A DNA stretch of 64,000 nt from Octopus vulgaris (taxonomy: Eukaryota), in contig OX597818.1 of assembly GCA_951406725.2 (NCBI GenBank), positions 24,800,001 to 24,864,000 of the forward strand. The letters are read 5' to 3'. Position 1 is the first letter of the stretch; the number at the start of each line of letters is the position of its first letter. The translations under genes and the position numbers were made by a program. Below, in pieces: positions 52,491 through 64,000 of the stretch. The notes below the pieces were generated by a model. It saw only the letters and a list, made by a program, of their open reading frames with translations. It was not told where the DNA came from and searched no databases.

Positions 52491-52582
52491 CATCTTACAA
52501 TTGTTTCACAGAAGTGCTGTCCATATAATGAAATCCTATATTGATAAGCATTTATAGACAACTCTTCTGCTCTTCAGAGATA
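52491..52582 (-). ncRNA. Type I hammerhead ribozyme motif (Penelope/retrozyme type), sense to the GSK3 pre-mRNA
   Basis: Minus strand: TATCT-CTGAAGA-GCAGAAG..GTTGTCTATA..TATGGACAGC..CTTCTGT-GAAA-CAATTG-TA|AGATG. The single-stranded core is intact; stems I and II and palindromic stem III pair. Confidence 0.75.
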
Positions 52583-52924
52583 TAAAAGTTGAATTTTGTA
52601 TAACATATTGAATGGTAGTTTCTTAAAAATATGAAGTAATACTATAAAATGGTGTTTGTTTGAAATATAAATTAAAAATTACTGCTTTTGATGAGTCTTT
52701 AAATCCATATATATTTCCTTGGGTAGTATTTTGTAATAATCCATAATATTCATATGTAAAATCTGTTATATTGTCTTGTATTCCAAATATAGTTCATGTA
52801 CTTAGATAATATGGAATAATGGAATCCTGTATTGATAAGCATTTATAAATAACTCTTTTTCTCTTCAGTAATATCAAATGTGAAATTTGTATAATTTTAT
52901 GAATGCTAGTTTTATTTTTTATTT

Positions 52925-52960
<36 letters not shown>

Positions 52961-53038
52961 GAAAGAGAGAAAGAGATACTTGTCCTGTACTTTTCCAGAT
53001 TTATAATCTTAAGAATATTACTTTCCATGCTCGCATTT

Positions 53039-53101
<63 letters not shown>

Positions 53102-53156
53102 TATACATACATGCATATGTAAGTAGTTGATAGTTTCCGCTACATACATATATAAG

Positions 53157-53695
53157 TGCAGACATAGCTCTGTAGATCAGTCCCACTGCATGCCACCTCA
53201 AGCAGGTGCTTTCTACTATACTTAGAAACTGAAAAAAGCTGTTGCTTGTATTTCTGTGTCTGTAGGTGTGGCTGGGTTGTAAGAAACTTGCTTCCCAATC
53301 ACATAGCTCCAGGTTCAGTCCCACTGCGTGATACCTTGAGCAACTGTCTTCTAATATAACCTTGGGCTGACCAAAGCCTTGAAAGAGGATTTGGTAGATG
53401 GAAACTGAAAGAGGCCCATTGTGCCCCAGCATGGCCATAATCTAATGACTGAAACAAGTAAAAGATAAAAGATATGTGTGTGTGTGTGTGTCTGTCCCTT
53501 GCCATTGCTTGACAACTGGTGTTGGGTGTGTTTACATACCATAACTTAGCAGTTTGATAAAAAAACACCAATAGAATAAGTACCAGGCTTAAGAAAAAAA
53601 AAAAAAAAGAGTATTGGGGTTGATTCGTTTGACAAAAACCCTTGAAGGCAGTGCCCCAGCATGGTGACTGAAACAAGGAAAACAATAAAAGAATA
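53157..53695 (+). mobile_element. tRNA-SINE fragments / rearranged SINE (family of 49116)
   Basis: GGTTCAGTCCCACTGC, GGATTTGGTAGATGGAAACTGAAAG and two CCCCAGCATGG..GACTGAAACAAG tails. Confidence 0.82.
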
Positions 53696-55611
53696 TATAT
53701 ATGTAAATAAATAAAATCAAAAAATCTCTTTAGAATTTGGGATATTTCTGGAAGACATTTTTAATGGCATTTCTGAAATATCAATCAAGATATTAACCTT
53801 CACTAAAGTAGAGAAATTGAAAGAAAGTGTTCATTCACGTGTATCTAGAATTACAAAGAAAATGGTATCAGAAATGCCAGAACAATAATAACAATGAACT
53901 TACAGAGTAATTTATTTAGATTATATTTCAAAATATTGAAATATTTTCACTATATTTTCAATACAAGTGTGCAAAATATAAAGGCCAGGATTTATATAAA
54001 CAATTATGTTAGACATGTTAATTAAATTCCATTTTCAGTGAAATTCTAGAAAAAAGAAGTTTAATTCTTTATAGTAGCTCATAATGCAAGTTAAAATGTA
54101 TATAGTAACTAGCTCTGAAGGTCAAATATTTTATTTTTTCCTTTTTGACAGCAAAAATAATTTCTTTGAAGAGCCAGCATAATTTATGCTGAGATGAAAT
54201 TTAGAGTAAATGCATAGCAGTTCTTCACAGGCTAATTCTACAAGTCAATCAGTCTTAATAGTTCCTGAAGGGAAGAATCAATATAAACAACTCGTTATTT
54301 CAATTCCTACCCATTGAAGAGATAATCATATTAAGACCATAACCTAATCAAAAATACAGAATTGTTGCTCACATTTTTGAAATGTGAAAACTGAAAGCTG
54401 AGAAAAAGGTCTGAAGTTGGGCACAAAGCCTAAAAATCTAAAAGCAATCTCATTCAGAGATAGAGAAAACCAAAATATGAAACTAGTGAAATTTAGCATT
54501 GTGTAAATAAGTCAACAAGTAGGTGAATGAGACTTGAAGTAGTATATTTGGCAAGTTGACAAATAACTCCAATTTATTTATTAGTGCATCAGCTGATAAT
54601 GCAGAAAAACTACCAAACATAAGTATGATTTTTTACATTTTTTAGAAAGGAAACCTTATTTCTACAAGGACACAAATGCAAGGGAATAATGACTAGATTA
54701 TGTCAGAAAGATATTTGAGAGAATATATTTTAGAAAATTAGAAGACATTCTGTTGATCTAGGAGAACCCAAACCTACCTAGAAAAAAGCAACAAATGATT
54801 ATTCATTTCAAACAAATAAAATTAAATGAACTAAAATTGTCCTCATTTCTTTCTCAAGGCCAGATGAAGAATAAGTTCAAAGTTCAGCACTGAGTGCCCA
54901 CTGGCTACAGTAATGACTTAAGCTAGTCAATGGTACTCATTTATAGCTATGTGAATTGACTTTTGAGAGTACAGTGATTTCATTAGATACACAGGACTGA
55001 ACTGGAGATGAAATATTTGTTGATGTTTTGGGTCTACTTATACAGCAGCAATTTCCTTCTTATTAAAATTGCTGCTTATTTAAAATATTTCGAGAAAGAG
55101 AGGGGTGGGTAGAATGAGTACACATGTCCCTAAATGTTACAAGAGGTTACTTAAATGATTGGTAGCAGGAAGACACCCAGCTGTGAAACGATGTCTCAGC
55201 CTGTCCGATCCATACCAACATGCAAAAGCAAATGTAAAACAATGAACACACTCTCTCTCTTTCAAAGAGGCTTAGCTTATGCTTTAGAGTAACAGAATAT
55301 TTCTGGGACCCTATTTTGAAAACTAAATAATTTGAAAAATGTGATATGAGAACTGCTTGCATTGTAAACTAAAGGGAGGCATTTTGTCTGATCCACAAAC
55401 CTTCACTGAATTCTTCAAACAAAAGTATCACAGAAGAAATTCTTTCAATTCTACACAGCATGAGCACTTTTGTATCTGATGGTTCTGTCTTATTCCCAAA
55501 CTAGGGCCAGCAAAATGAAGTATTCAACTTATTTCTGAAATGCTACTGAAAGTCCATGCTACAGCCAACATAGAAACAATTTGAAATTACAAATTCTAAA
55601 GAAAAGGATTT

Positions 55612-55990
55612 TCTTTTATTCTTTTATTTGTTTCAATCAACTGGCTGCAGCCATGCAGGAGCATCACCTTGGAGGGTTTCAGTCGAACAAATTGACCTCC
55701 AAGACTTTTTTTAAAGCTTAGTACTTATTCTATCGGTCTCTTTTGCTGGACCACTAAGTTATGGGGACATAAACACCAATACTGGTTGTCAAGCAGTGAT
55801 GGGGGACAAACACTGATACAAAAACACACACATACAATGGGCTTCTTTCCGTTTCTCTCTATCAAATCCACTCACAAGGCTTTGGTAGGCCTGAGGGTAT
55901 AAAAGACATTTGCCCAAGGTACCATGCACTGGGACTGAACCCGGAACCATGTGATAGGGAAGCAAGCTTTGCACCACAGCCATGCCTATG
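55612..55990 (-). mobile_element. tRNA-SINE (family of 49116), minus strand
   Basis: Reverse complement of GGTTCCGGGTTCAGTCCCA, the core and the tail. Confidence 0.85.
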
Positions 55991-56771
55991 ACTTGTTTGC
56001 AAGAACAAGAAATCCTAGAAAAAAAGGCAACAAAATCAACTGGTGTGAGTAGGTGTGAAAGAAGACATCCAAATACAAAACACTTGTTCAATATTAAAAT
56101 TGATTGTACAAAAAATAATTATCCTGGGTTTATGGTTTTGTTTAAGGCAAGAATTGGGATGCAAATTTTCAGAAGTCAAAATATGTGTAAGGGGGAAACT
56201 TTTCAACTTAATACTTTTCTGGGTCTATGGAGATTCAGAAAATGGCATAGAATGGATGTCAATGCTATCCCAGAATTTATTTTATCAATTCCAAAGAAAA
56301 GAAAGATAAAGTTAACAAAAGCAGACTTAACAAAATATTGAAAGACAAATAATTAAACAAAAAGCTAGTGAAAATAATAAGATATTTCTGAAAACAAAAT
56401 TTGTGTAGTACACAAAAGCATGAATAAAACTCAAATTAAAATTAGATATCTGAAGAATACTGACAAAGTGCTCAATACAGATACATTAAACATATATGCA
56501 CTGAGAGATTCAAATAAAAATTCGCTGGAGTGCTTCTAATTAATCATTTAACTTGATAGAAATTGCAGCCACACCTATCACACATTGTATCCTACTGTCT
56601 TACATTGAATAAAGTAGTCCTTTGTTTCCTGTACAGGAAAAAATGGGATGGACCCAGCTGGAATGCTTTTGATCATAGTTCTTGACCTGGGGTTAAACAA
56701 CATTATTTCAGATATCATTATGAATCTCAGTGTGGACTCAACACTGCCCTTTATTATTATTCAAAAGAAGT

Positions 56772-56985
56772 CAGTGGAGTGGCAGAATTGTTAGCATGCT
56801 GGGCAAAATGCTTCGCAGCATTTCATCTGTCTTTATATTCTGAATTCACATTCCATCAAGGTTGACTTTGCCTTTCATTCTTTCAGGGTTCGATAAAATA
56901 AGTACCAGTTGAGTAATAGGGTTGATGTAATCAACCTATGCTCTCCCTCTGGATTGCAGACAATGTGCCAAAATCTGAAATCATT
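56772..56985 (+). mobile_element. Old SINE of another family
   Basis: TGGCAGAATTGTTAG head and GACTTTGCCTTTCAT.CTTTC.GGG..CGATAAAATAAGTACCAG core. Confidence 0.62.
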
Positions 56986-59379
56986 TATATTCGAAGCTAT
57001 TACAAAAGTTTTGGATTTATATAAAGGTATCAACTCAATTCTAAAGCCAGATGACAGAAATTTATTGCAGTCTTTTTCATTTGCAAAATGAGCCCCCTTT
57101 TAATTTTGTCCAGATTGCTTTCAATTTTGGTGTGTCAATGGAACTCTGAATTTTGATTACAATCAACCAATTACCTTATCTTGTAAGTTAAAGAATCTGA
57201 TGTTATTTGGGATTAAAGTTGAGAAACTTGGGTAATTTTAGCCAATCAACAGACAGTGAGGCAACAAGCTTTACTATATCAATACACTACATTTAAAATG
57301 TAAACTCCAGTAGTGCTCTTACTACCTAATTTATGGACCATGGAATTCCCTACATGAATTAGGTTAAAAGAGAAAGAGAGAGAGTGGGGATGCATATATT
57401 ATGTGTGTATCATTACAGATACAGATTTATACACATGTTCATTTTTTCTTTTACAGTAAATGTGAAAGTGGAGGTCAACAAATAGGACTGCAACACTTAT
57501 TTGAACCTTATCAAGTATTCATTTAATTATTAATATTTTTTATTTTTGCATTTAAAATATATATACAAATAATTTTAATCCGTTCATAATTTCAATGATG
57601 AATTGATATGTGACATAGGAGAGATTATCCTAATATCTTGCACTTAAAGTGATGAATACTGGAAAAAGGTGACGATCCAGTGAAATAATTAAGCTGTTTA
57701 CTAACAAGTGTTCCCAAATCTTGGCAAAAAGTAACATTAAACTAATAGTAATTAACTGATAATTTAAAAGACCTAAGAAGTTTCATTTTGAAAACAGAAC
57801 AAGTAGAAATGAACAAATTTAAATACAAAGCTAAATCACAAGAACCATATTAAAAAATGAATGCTATGTTGCCTTTGAGGTTTCACATCATTTTGTAAAA
57901 CTATTTAGACAATTTGTTGAACTTCTCAGCTACAAAAGCTAAGTGATGAATATGAGAACAGAATTGAGAATGGTACTGAAAATAGAGTAAGAAGCAGATG
58001 TGGCAGTTGATAGCATCAATAGCCATTTCTAATGAGAAGTAGAAGGGAAGAGTTTTCACCAAAATCATTGAAAATATACTTAGCAAAATGTCAAACCATA
58101 TATTTACAAACTATAGCTCTATATTGTGTGAAAAAATTCTTTTCATGTTCTTAATGTTTGCTCATACAGCCTGCAGTCAGACAAAACACAGAAAATATTT
58201 TCCAAATGTAAGGGTATTATTTGAAGGGAACCCACATATGAATAGCACCTGTAGTGTGTCGAGCAGTTTTATGAAGTTAGATGATGGTACAGACAAAAAC
58301 AAGAAAAGAAAGAAACATTCAAATTTTAGTGCAGGTTATTAGTATAAAAAAAAATTTTCTCTGGTAGTTAAATCATCTTATGCAATTAAGACAAAGTTTG
58401 CCTTTGAATAGAGACGTCATGCATTTAGTGTATGATGTCAAACCTTCTCAGCAACTTAAGGAATGACATTTTGTTATTTTGTATAGTCATTTGCTTAGAA
58501 GATGATGGTATTTAAGAGACTAATAAAACGAGTTTGTATTTTAAATGATCTGAAAAGATGTAGTTGGGTGCACTGTATATGCAGCCTCTATTCTTAATAT
58601 GAAAAGGTTGTCTACGCAAACAATGGTAAATCAACGAGAGCAGGGAATGGAGAACCTAAAAAAAAAAAAATCCCTTTATTTTATTACAGTGATATCCTTT
58701 TTTCATGTTTTTTGTGTAAATCAATAAATTCTGTAAATTTGAAATTTTGCAGTGTGTCAAAAGCTGACAGGATAAATTTCAGAAGGAAAATACAGATTCA
58801 AGCACAAATGAATTAAAGCTAATCAACAATGCATATAATTATTTCTAAGAAAGTATTTTATGATACCTTTCCTTCATTTTAAAGAAATCTATCTTCTTTA
58901 CTTATGAACTTGATCATTTTGCTAAAACATACCTATTGAACTGATTGATAACTTATGTAATAAGTAAAATTCATTTACATTTTTCAGGAAATTTTATGTA
59001 CAAATATTCTTGTCAGCCTCGTAAACCAAATTACAACAGTAAATTCAAATTAATTTTTGACCAGTTATAAATTTTCAAATGTCCATCATAGTTTTGAATC
59101 CTATCAAGAACACTGCAGCATATTTTTATCAAATATCAACAAGAAAATTACTAACAAATTGAATGATTTCCTTCAAATTAATGACTATTTTTTTCATAAA
59201 GATCTATTAAAAAACCATCCAGTATCTAGGTGATTAACTTTTGATAAACATTAAAATGCCACAAAGATAATTTTTAAAGACAAAAATAAAAAGCAAACTT
59301 TATAGTGTAACATTTTAAATCAAAAGTAGTTGAAATAATATGAGACGTTAAAACTGATACAAGCTAATGATTAATATCA

Positions 59380-59589
<210 letters not shown>

Positions 59590-59992
59590 TCAACCAAATA
59601 AGAAATTAAGAATGATTTTATTGTTATTTTGTTTTCAAAGAATATACAGAAATTTATGAATTTTTAATTCAAATATCTGACAAAAACACATCATTTTAAA
59701 ACTTAATATATTTTAGAACCAACCAAGACCAAAATTAAGCTATTACTTTCAAGAAATATATCAAAGGACGATGCCAGGATAAATGACTTTTAAGCATTTT
59801 TTAATGAAACACATTGAAATCATTTTGAGGTATTTCAAAATTAAAACCAAATGCAAAAATAAAGTCTTTACGAAATTTAGAATGATTGTTTTAAAACAAA
59901 AGACATTGTTTTCATCCATTAATCTAAAATAGCTATGACATCACATGCAAGATGCTTGGTAGTATTTTGATCACATGTATCTTAATTTTGTC

Positions 59993-62508
59993 TTGCCAAT
60001 GTTCTGCGCCGTGAGGACCAAAGACTGGAGGTGTTTCGTGTTGCAAGACAGTGTGTGAGAGAGAATCGTGATGTGGTAGGAGAGAAGTGTGTTCGCATGG
60101 AAGATGGTTCACTTGCGCTAAATGAGGATGCAAAGAGAGAGGTTTGGAGATGCCACTATGAAAGGTTGCTGAATGAAGAAAATGAATGGGATAAAGAGAG
60201 TCTGCCGAATGTTGACCCAACAGAGGGACCAGCTATCCGAGTTGATAGTTCTGTGGTAGCTAAGGCAATTAGAAGCATGAAGACAGGGAAAGCCCCAGGC
60301 CCATCAGGAATCACTGCAGAGATGCTCAAAATGTCTGGTAGTGTCGGCTATAGCCTAGTCACCCATATAGTTAATCAGGTGATACACAAAGGGGTCATAC
60401 CCAATGACTGGTGTAGCAGTATAATAGTCAACTGCTACAAAGGTAAAGGTGATGCCCTAGATACAAACAACTACAGAGGTATCAAGCTGTTGGACCAGGT
60501 GATGAAGGTTACGGAGAGGGTCATAGCCCAACTAATTAGAGAGAGAGTTAGTTTAGATGAGATGCAGTTTGGGTTTGTGCCAGGGAAAAGTACTACTGAT
60601 GCTATATTCCTGGTAAGGCAGCTGCAGGAGAAATACCTAGCCAAAGATAAGCCCCTGTACCTGGCTTTTGTTGACATGGAGAAAGCCTTCGACAGGGTCC
60701 CCCGATCCCTTATCTGGTGGGCAATGAGAAAACTAGGGATAGATGAATGGTTAGTGAGAGCTGTGCGGGCCATGTATAGGGACGCCGCTAGTAGGGTGAG
60801 GGTTGGAAATGAGTACAGTGAAGAATTCCGGGTAGAGGTAGGGGTCCACCAAGGCTCAGTACTCAGCCCCCTCCTATTTATCATAGTCCTCCAGGCAATA
60901 ACGGAGGAATTCAAGACAGGATGCCCTTGGGAGCTCCTCTATGCTGATGACCTTGCTCTAATTGCTGAGTCGCTATCAGAACTGGAGGAGAAGTTTCAGG
61001 TGTGGAAACAAGGATTAGAATCGAAGGGCCTCAGAGTCAATCTAGCTAAAACCAAAGTCGTAATCAGTAGGAAGGTAGACAAATCACAAACACCTTCAGG
61101 TAGATGGCCCTGCTCGATCTGTAGAAAAGGTGTAGGTAGAAACTCTATAAGATGCACCAAGTGTAAGCTATGGACACATAAGAGATGCAGCAATGTCAAA
61201 GGAAGGCTAACTAGGAAGATGGTTTTTGTATGTGGCAGATGCTCAGGAACAATAAACACTGAAAATGCTCTGAGACCAACTTCTGTCACTTTCCAGGGAG
61301 AAAAACTAGAAATAGTTGATAGTTTCCGTTACCTAGGTGACCAAGTCAGCAGCGGGGGCGGGTGTGCTGAAAGTGTAACTGCTAGAGTAAGAATAGCTTG
61401 GGCAAAGTTCAGAGAGCTCTTACCTCTGCTGGTGACAAAAGGCCTCTCGCACAGAGTGAAAGGCAGACTGTATGATGCGTGTGTACGAACAGCCATGCTA
61501 CATGGCAGTGAAACATGGGCCGTGACTGCTGAGGATATGCGTAAGCTCGCTAGAAATGAAGCCAGTATGCTCCGATGGATGTGTAATGCCAGTACTCACA
61601 CTCGGCAGAGTGTAAGTACCTTGAGAGAAAAGCTGGACCTAAGAAGCATCAGTTGTGGTGTGCAAGAGAGACGTTTGCGCTGGTATGGTCATGTGACGAG
61701 AATGGATGAAGATAGTTGTGTGAAAAAGTGCCACACCCTAGCGGTTGAGGGAACCTGTGGAAGAGGCAGACCCAGGAAAACCTGGGACGAGGTGGTGAAG
61801 CACGACCTTCGAACTTTAGGTCTCACCGAGGAAATGACTAGAGACCGAGACCTCTGGAAGTGTGCTGTGCGCGAGAAGACCCGGCAGGACAAGTGAGTCC
61901 ACAACCCGTGGCCTTCTACATGGGATGGAGCCAGCCTACGTATGCATACCTTCCCTTCTTGGGACACAAAACTCTACTTGTGAAGACGTGTTGAGGCAAG
62001 TGAGGATCAGAATCGAAATCGATCAATGGAAATTGCGGATGTGCTACCAGTGCCGGTGGCATGTCGAAACTCTGCTTGTGAAGACCCATTGAGGCAAGTG
62101 AGGATCAGAATCGAAATCGATCAATGGAAATCGATCAATGGAAATTGCAGATGTGTTACCAGTGCCGGTGGCATGTAAGAGAACCTTCCGTTTCGCGACC
62201 GTTGCCAGCACCGCCCCGTTTCGTGTTCGTTGCCAGCCTCGCCTGGCCCTCGTGCCGGTGGCACATAAAAAACACCATCCGTTCGTGGCCGTTTGCCAGC
62301 TCTGGCTGGCACCAGTGCGGGTGGCACGTAAAAAGCACCCACTACACTCACGGAGTGGTTGGCGTTAGGAAGGGCATCCAGCCGTAGAAACACTGCCAGA
62401 TTTGACTGGGCCTGATGAAGCCTTCTGGCTTCACAGACCCCAGCAGAACCGTCCAACCCATGCTAGCATGGAAAACGGACGCTAAATGATGATGATGATG
62501 ATGATGAT
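59993..62508 (+). mobile_element. 5'-truncated RTE-clade non-LTR retrotransposon (young copy), antisense in GSK3 intron 1
   Basis: Intact RT ORF, structured 3' UTR and (GAT)n tail; no APE endonuclease region because of the truncation near 59993; no clear TSD. Confidence 0.93.
60031..61896 (+). CDS. RTE reverse transcriptase (N-truncated, 621 aa) with an inserted PHD finger
   Basis: Motifs KAPGPSGI, NYRGIKLL, QFGFVPGKST, FVDMEKAFDRV, GVHQGSVLSP, YADD (60940-60951), FRYLG, MLHGSETW, RLRWYGHV, RGRPRKTW. Confidence 0.92.
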   Translation: MFRVARQCVRENRDVVGEKCVRMEDGSLALNEDAKREVWRCHYERLLNEENEWDKESLPNVDPTEGPAIRVDSSVVAKAIRSMKTGKAPGPSGITAEMLKMSGSVGYSLVTHIVNQVIHKGVIPNDWCSSIIVNCYKGKGDALDTNNYRGIKLLDQVMKVTERVIAQLIRERVSLDEMQFGFVPGKSTTDAIFLVRQLQEKYLAKDKPLYLAFVDMEKAFDRVPRSLIWWAMRKLGIDEWLVRAVRAMYRDAASRVRVGNEYSEEFRVEVGVHQGSVLSPLLFIIVLQAITEEFKTGCPWELLYADDLALIAESLSELEEKFQVWKQGLESKGLRVNLAKTKVVISRKVDKSQTPSGRWPCSICRKGVGRNSIRCTKCKLWTHKRCSNVKGRLTRKMVFVCGRCSGTINTENALRPTSVTFQGEKLEIVDSFRYLGDQVSSGGGCAESVTARVRIAWAKFRELLPLLVTKGLSHRVKGRLYDACVRTAMLHGSETWAVTAEDMRKLARNEASMLRWMCNASTHTRQSVSTLREKLDLRSISCGVQERRLRWYGHVTRMDEDSCVKKCHTLAVEGTCGRGRPRKTWDEVVKHDLRTLGLTEEMTRDRDLWKCAVREKTRQDK

Positions 62509-63104
62509 GTATAGTGAAAAAGAACAAAGTTTTGGATTAAAATATCTACTTAAGAAAGTGGTGTAATTCTCATCATCTTATTCAGTGGTGAGCTAGTGTG
62601 TGCCACTCTTGAGTTTGCTGCCCTGGCTCCATTCCTACCTCATATACAAGATTATACAGCAGACCAAAAATGCCATCTCATAAAAGCATTACCCAAGGCA
62701 GATTATTCCCAATGTTCCCCCAACCCCACCTAGCTATGCCTCTGATCTTAATTAATGAGCATTTAAATTTTTCTCCTTTTATGAACCCCTTTGATTCCTA
62801 TTTTACTCAGATGGACCCTCATAGCCATTCAATGTTTAAAGAATCTTATATTTTTATAATTAAATATTAGGAATTGTATAACAAAAATTGTTAAAATATT
62901 TTTTGTGTTGTAGAAGTATAACCAACTTAGTGTACATAAATTTTAACAATAAAACCTTATATGGACCGTAGTTGAGAAACAATGATTTATATCATCAAAT
63001 TTGATACTTTTGAATAATCATTTTTAAAAGACCATATTTATTAACACACACAAATTTCCCTAATTAGAAGTGAAGGGGGTTACAGCAAAAAGATAGCAAC
63101 CAGA

Positions 63105-63500
63105 ATAAGGAAAGAGTGGAAAAAGTTCAGAGAACCACTACCTCTACTGGCAACAAAGGGTTACTTCTCTCCTAATGAAGTGTTAATTGTATAATGCCTA
63201 TGTGTGATAAAATGTAGATGTGTGAAAGCAGAATACAGAAGTGAGCTAAGAGAAAATATGGATGTTTAAGGAAATAAGCCATGGTATGGAAAAGAGAAGA
63301 CTGTACTAGCACAAATATGTTGCATATGAAGGATGAAAGGTGGGTGAAGGAAAGTCAAGTGATCCAGATAGAAAGAATCAGTTGAAGAGGAAGATGTGAA
63401 GAAGCATTGGAGGCTGAACTCCGGATGTTGTATCTCACAGGAAAAGATGACAAGTAACCTCAACAAATGGTGAAAAACTGCATTTGAGCAGTGAAACAGT
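63105..63500 (+). mobile_element. Highly decayed RTE fragment
   Basis: AGAATAAG...AAGTTCAGAGAAC.ACTACCTCTACTGGCAACAAAGGG matches 61390-61443. Confidence 0.65.
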
Positions 63501-64000
63501 AGAATCCAAGGAAACAAGTGATGGTCCATGTCAACAGATGGATCATTTCACAAAGTTGATTTAATTTGCTGTGAAAAGTCTGGCATTTTGGGCAGGATCT
63601 TTTATGGTAGGAGTTAGAAATTACTAGCAATATTAAAATATACAGAAGTAGGTACACAGTTCCACATATAAATTTAATATTGATAATAATTTTAGTGTTT
63701 CAGTTTAATTCAAGCCTCACTTCATGCACCCACCCAACAATAATTAATGAAGACTTTATCCTCTATAGTATAGTCAGAAGTAAGAAAGTGGAAGATATAT
63801 AATGTCCATTAATTGAATTCATTTTTTGGAGAGTTTATTTTGCTCTGGAAAATTCTTTGAAAGAAATTTTTGTTGAAAAAATGAGTACAATACTAGTGCT
63901 TTAATTATTTAATACTTTATCATTATCATTATTATGATGCTAGTGCATGCTAATTTAGTTAGTAGATATTTTATTTTGATGTTTGGTGACAAGTTTCCTC

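Noticed and set aside
60471-61967. Antisense ORFs (147, 97 and 92 aa)
   Set aside because: Shadow frames of the RT ORF with no recognisable domain.

Overview
AT-rich, repeat-dense eukaryotic genomic DNA. The RTE-LINE, tRNA-SINE and (TA)n landscape looks like an octopod cephalopod, which is an inference. The window holds one protein-coding gene: a glycogen synthase kinase-3 (GSK3 beta/shaggy) orthologue on the minus strand. Eight coding exons (59582 to 13688) splice GT-AG into one open frame of about 397 aa. Exon 1, which carries the Ser9 tail, was not found and presumably lies beyond 64000. A TE-poor stretch of about 8 kb downstream of the stop may be a long 3' UTR. The introns are packed with transposons: a 5'-truncated RTE LINE with an intact 621-aa RT ORF, many RTE fragments, two mariners, a Tigger/pogo element, Tc1-, piggyBac- and hAT-type MITEs, SINEs, a CR1/L2-like relic and Penelope-like relics. 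A Chapaev3-like relic lies downstream of the gene. The most notable observations are: (1) a near-canonical type I hammerhead ribozyme on the GSK3 sense strand in an intron (52491-52582); (2) a complete C4HC3 PHD finger inserted inside the RT of the RTE LINE; (3) a copy-number-variable array of double-hairpin units in that LINE's 3' UTR; (4) an 87-bp-arm palindrome and tail-to-tail inverted repeats that could be dsRNA/ADAR substrates; (5) a bipartite non-autonomous retroelement that uses the tail of a second RTE family.
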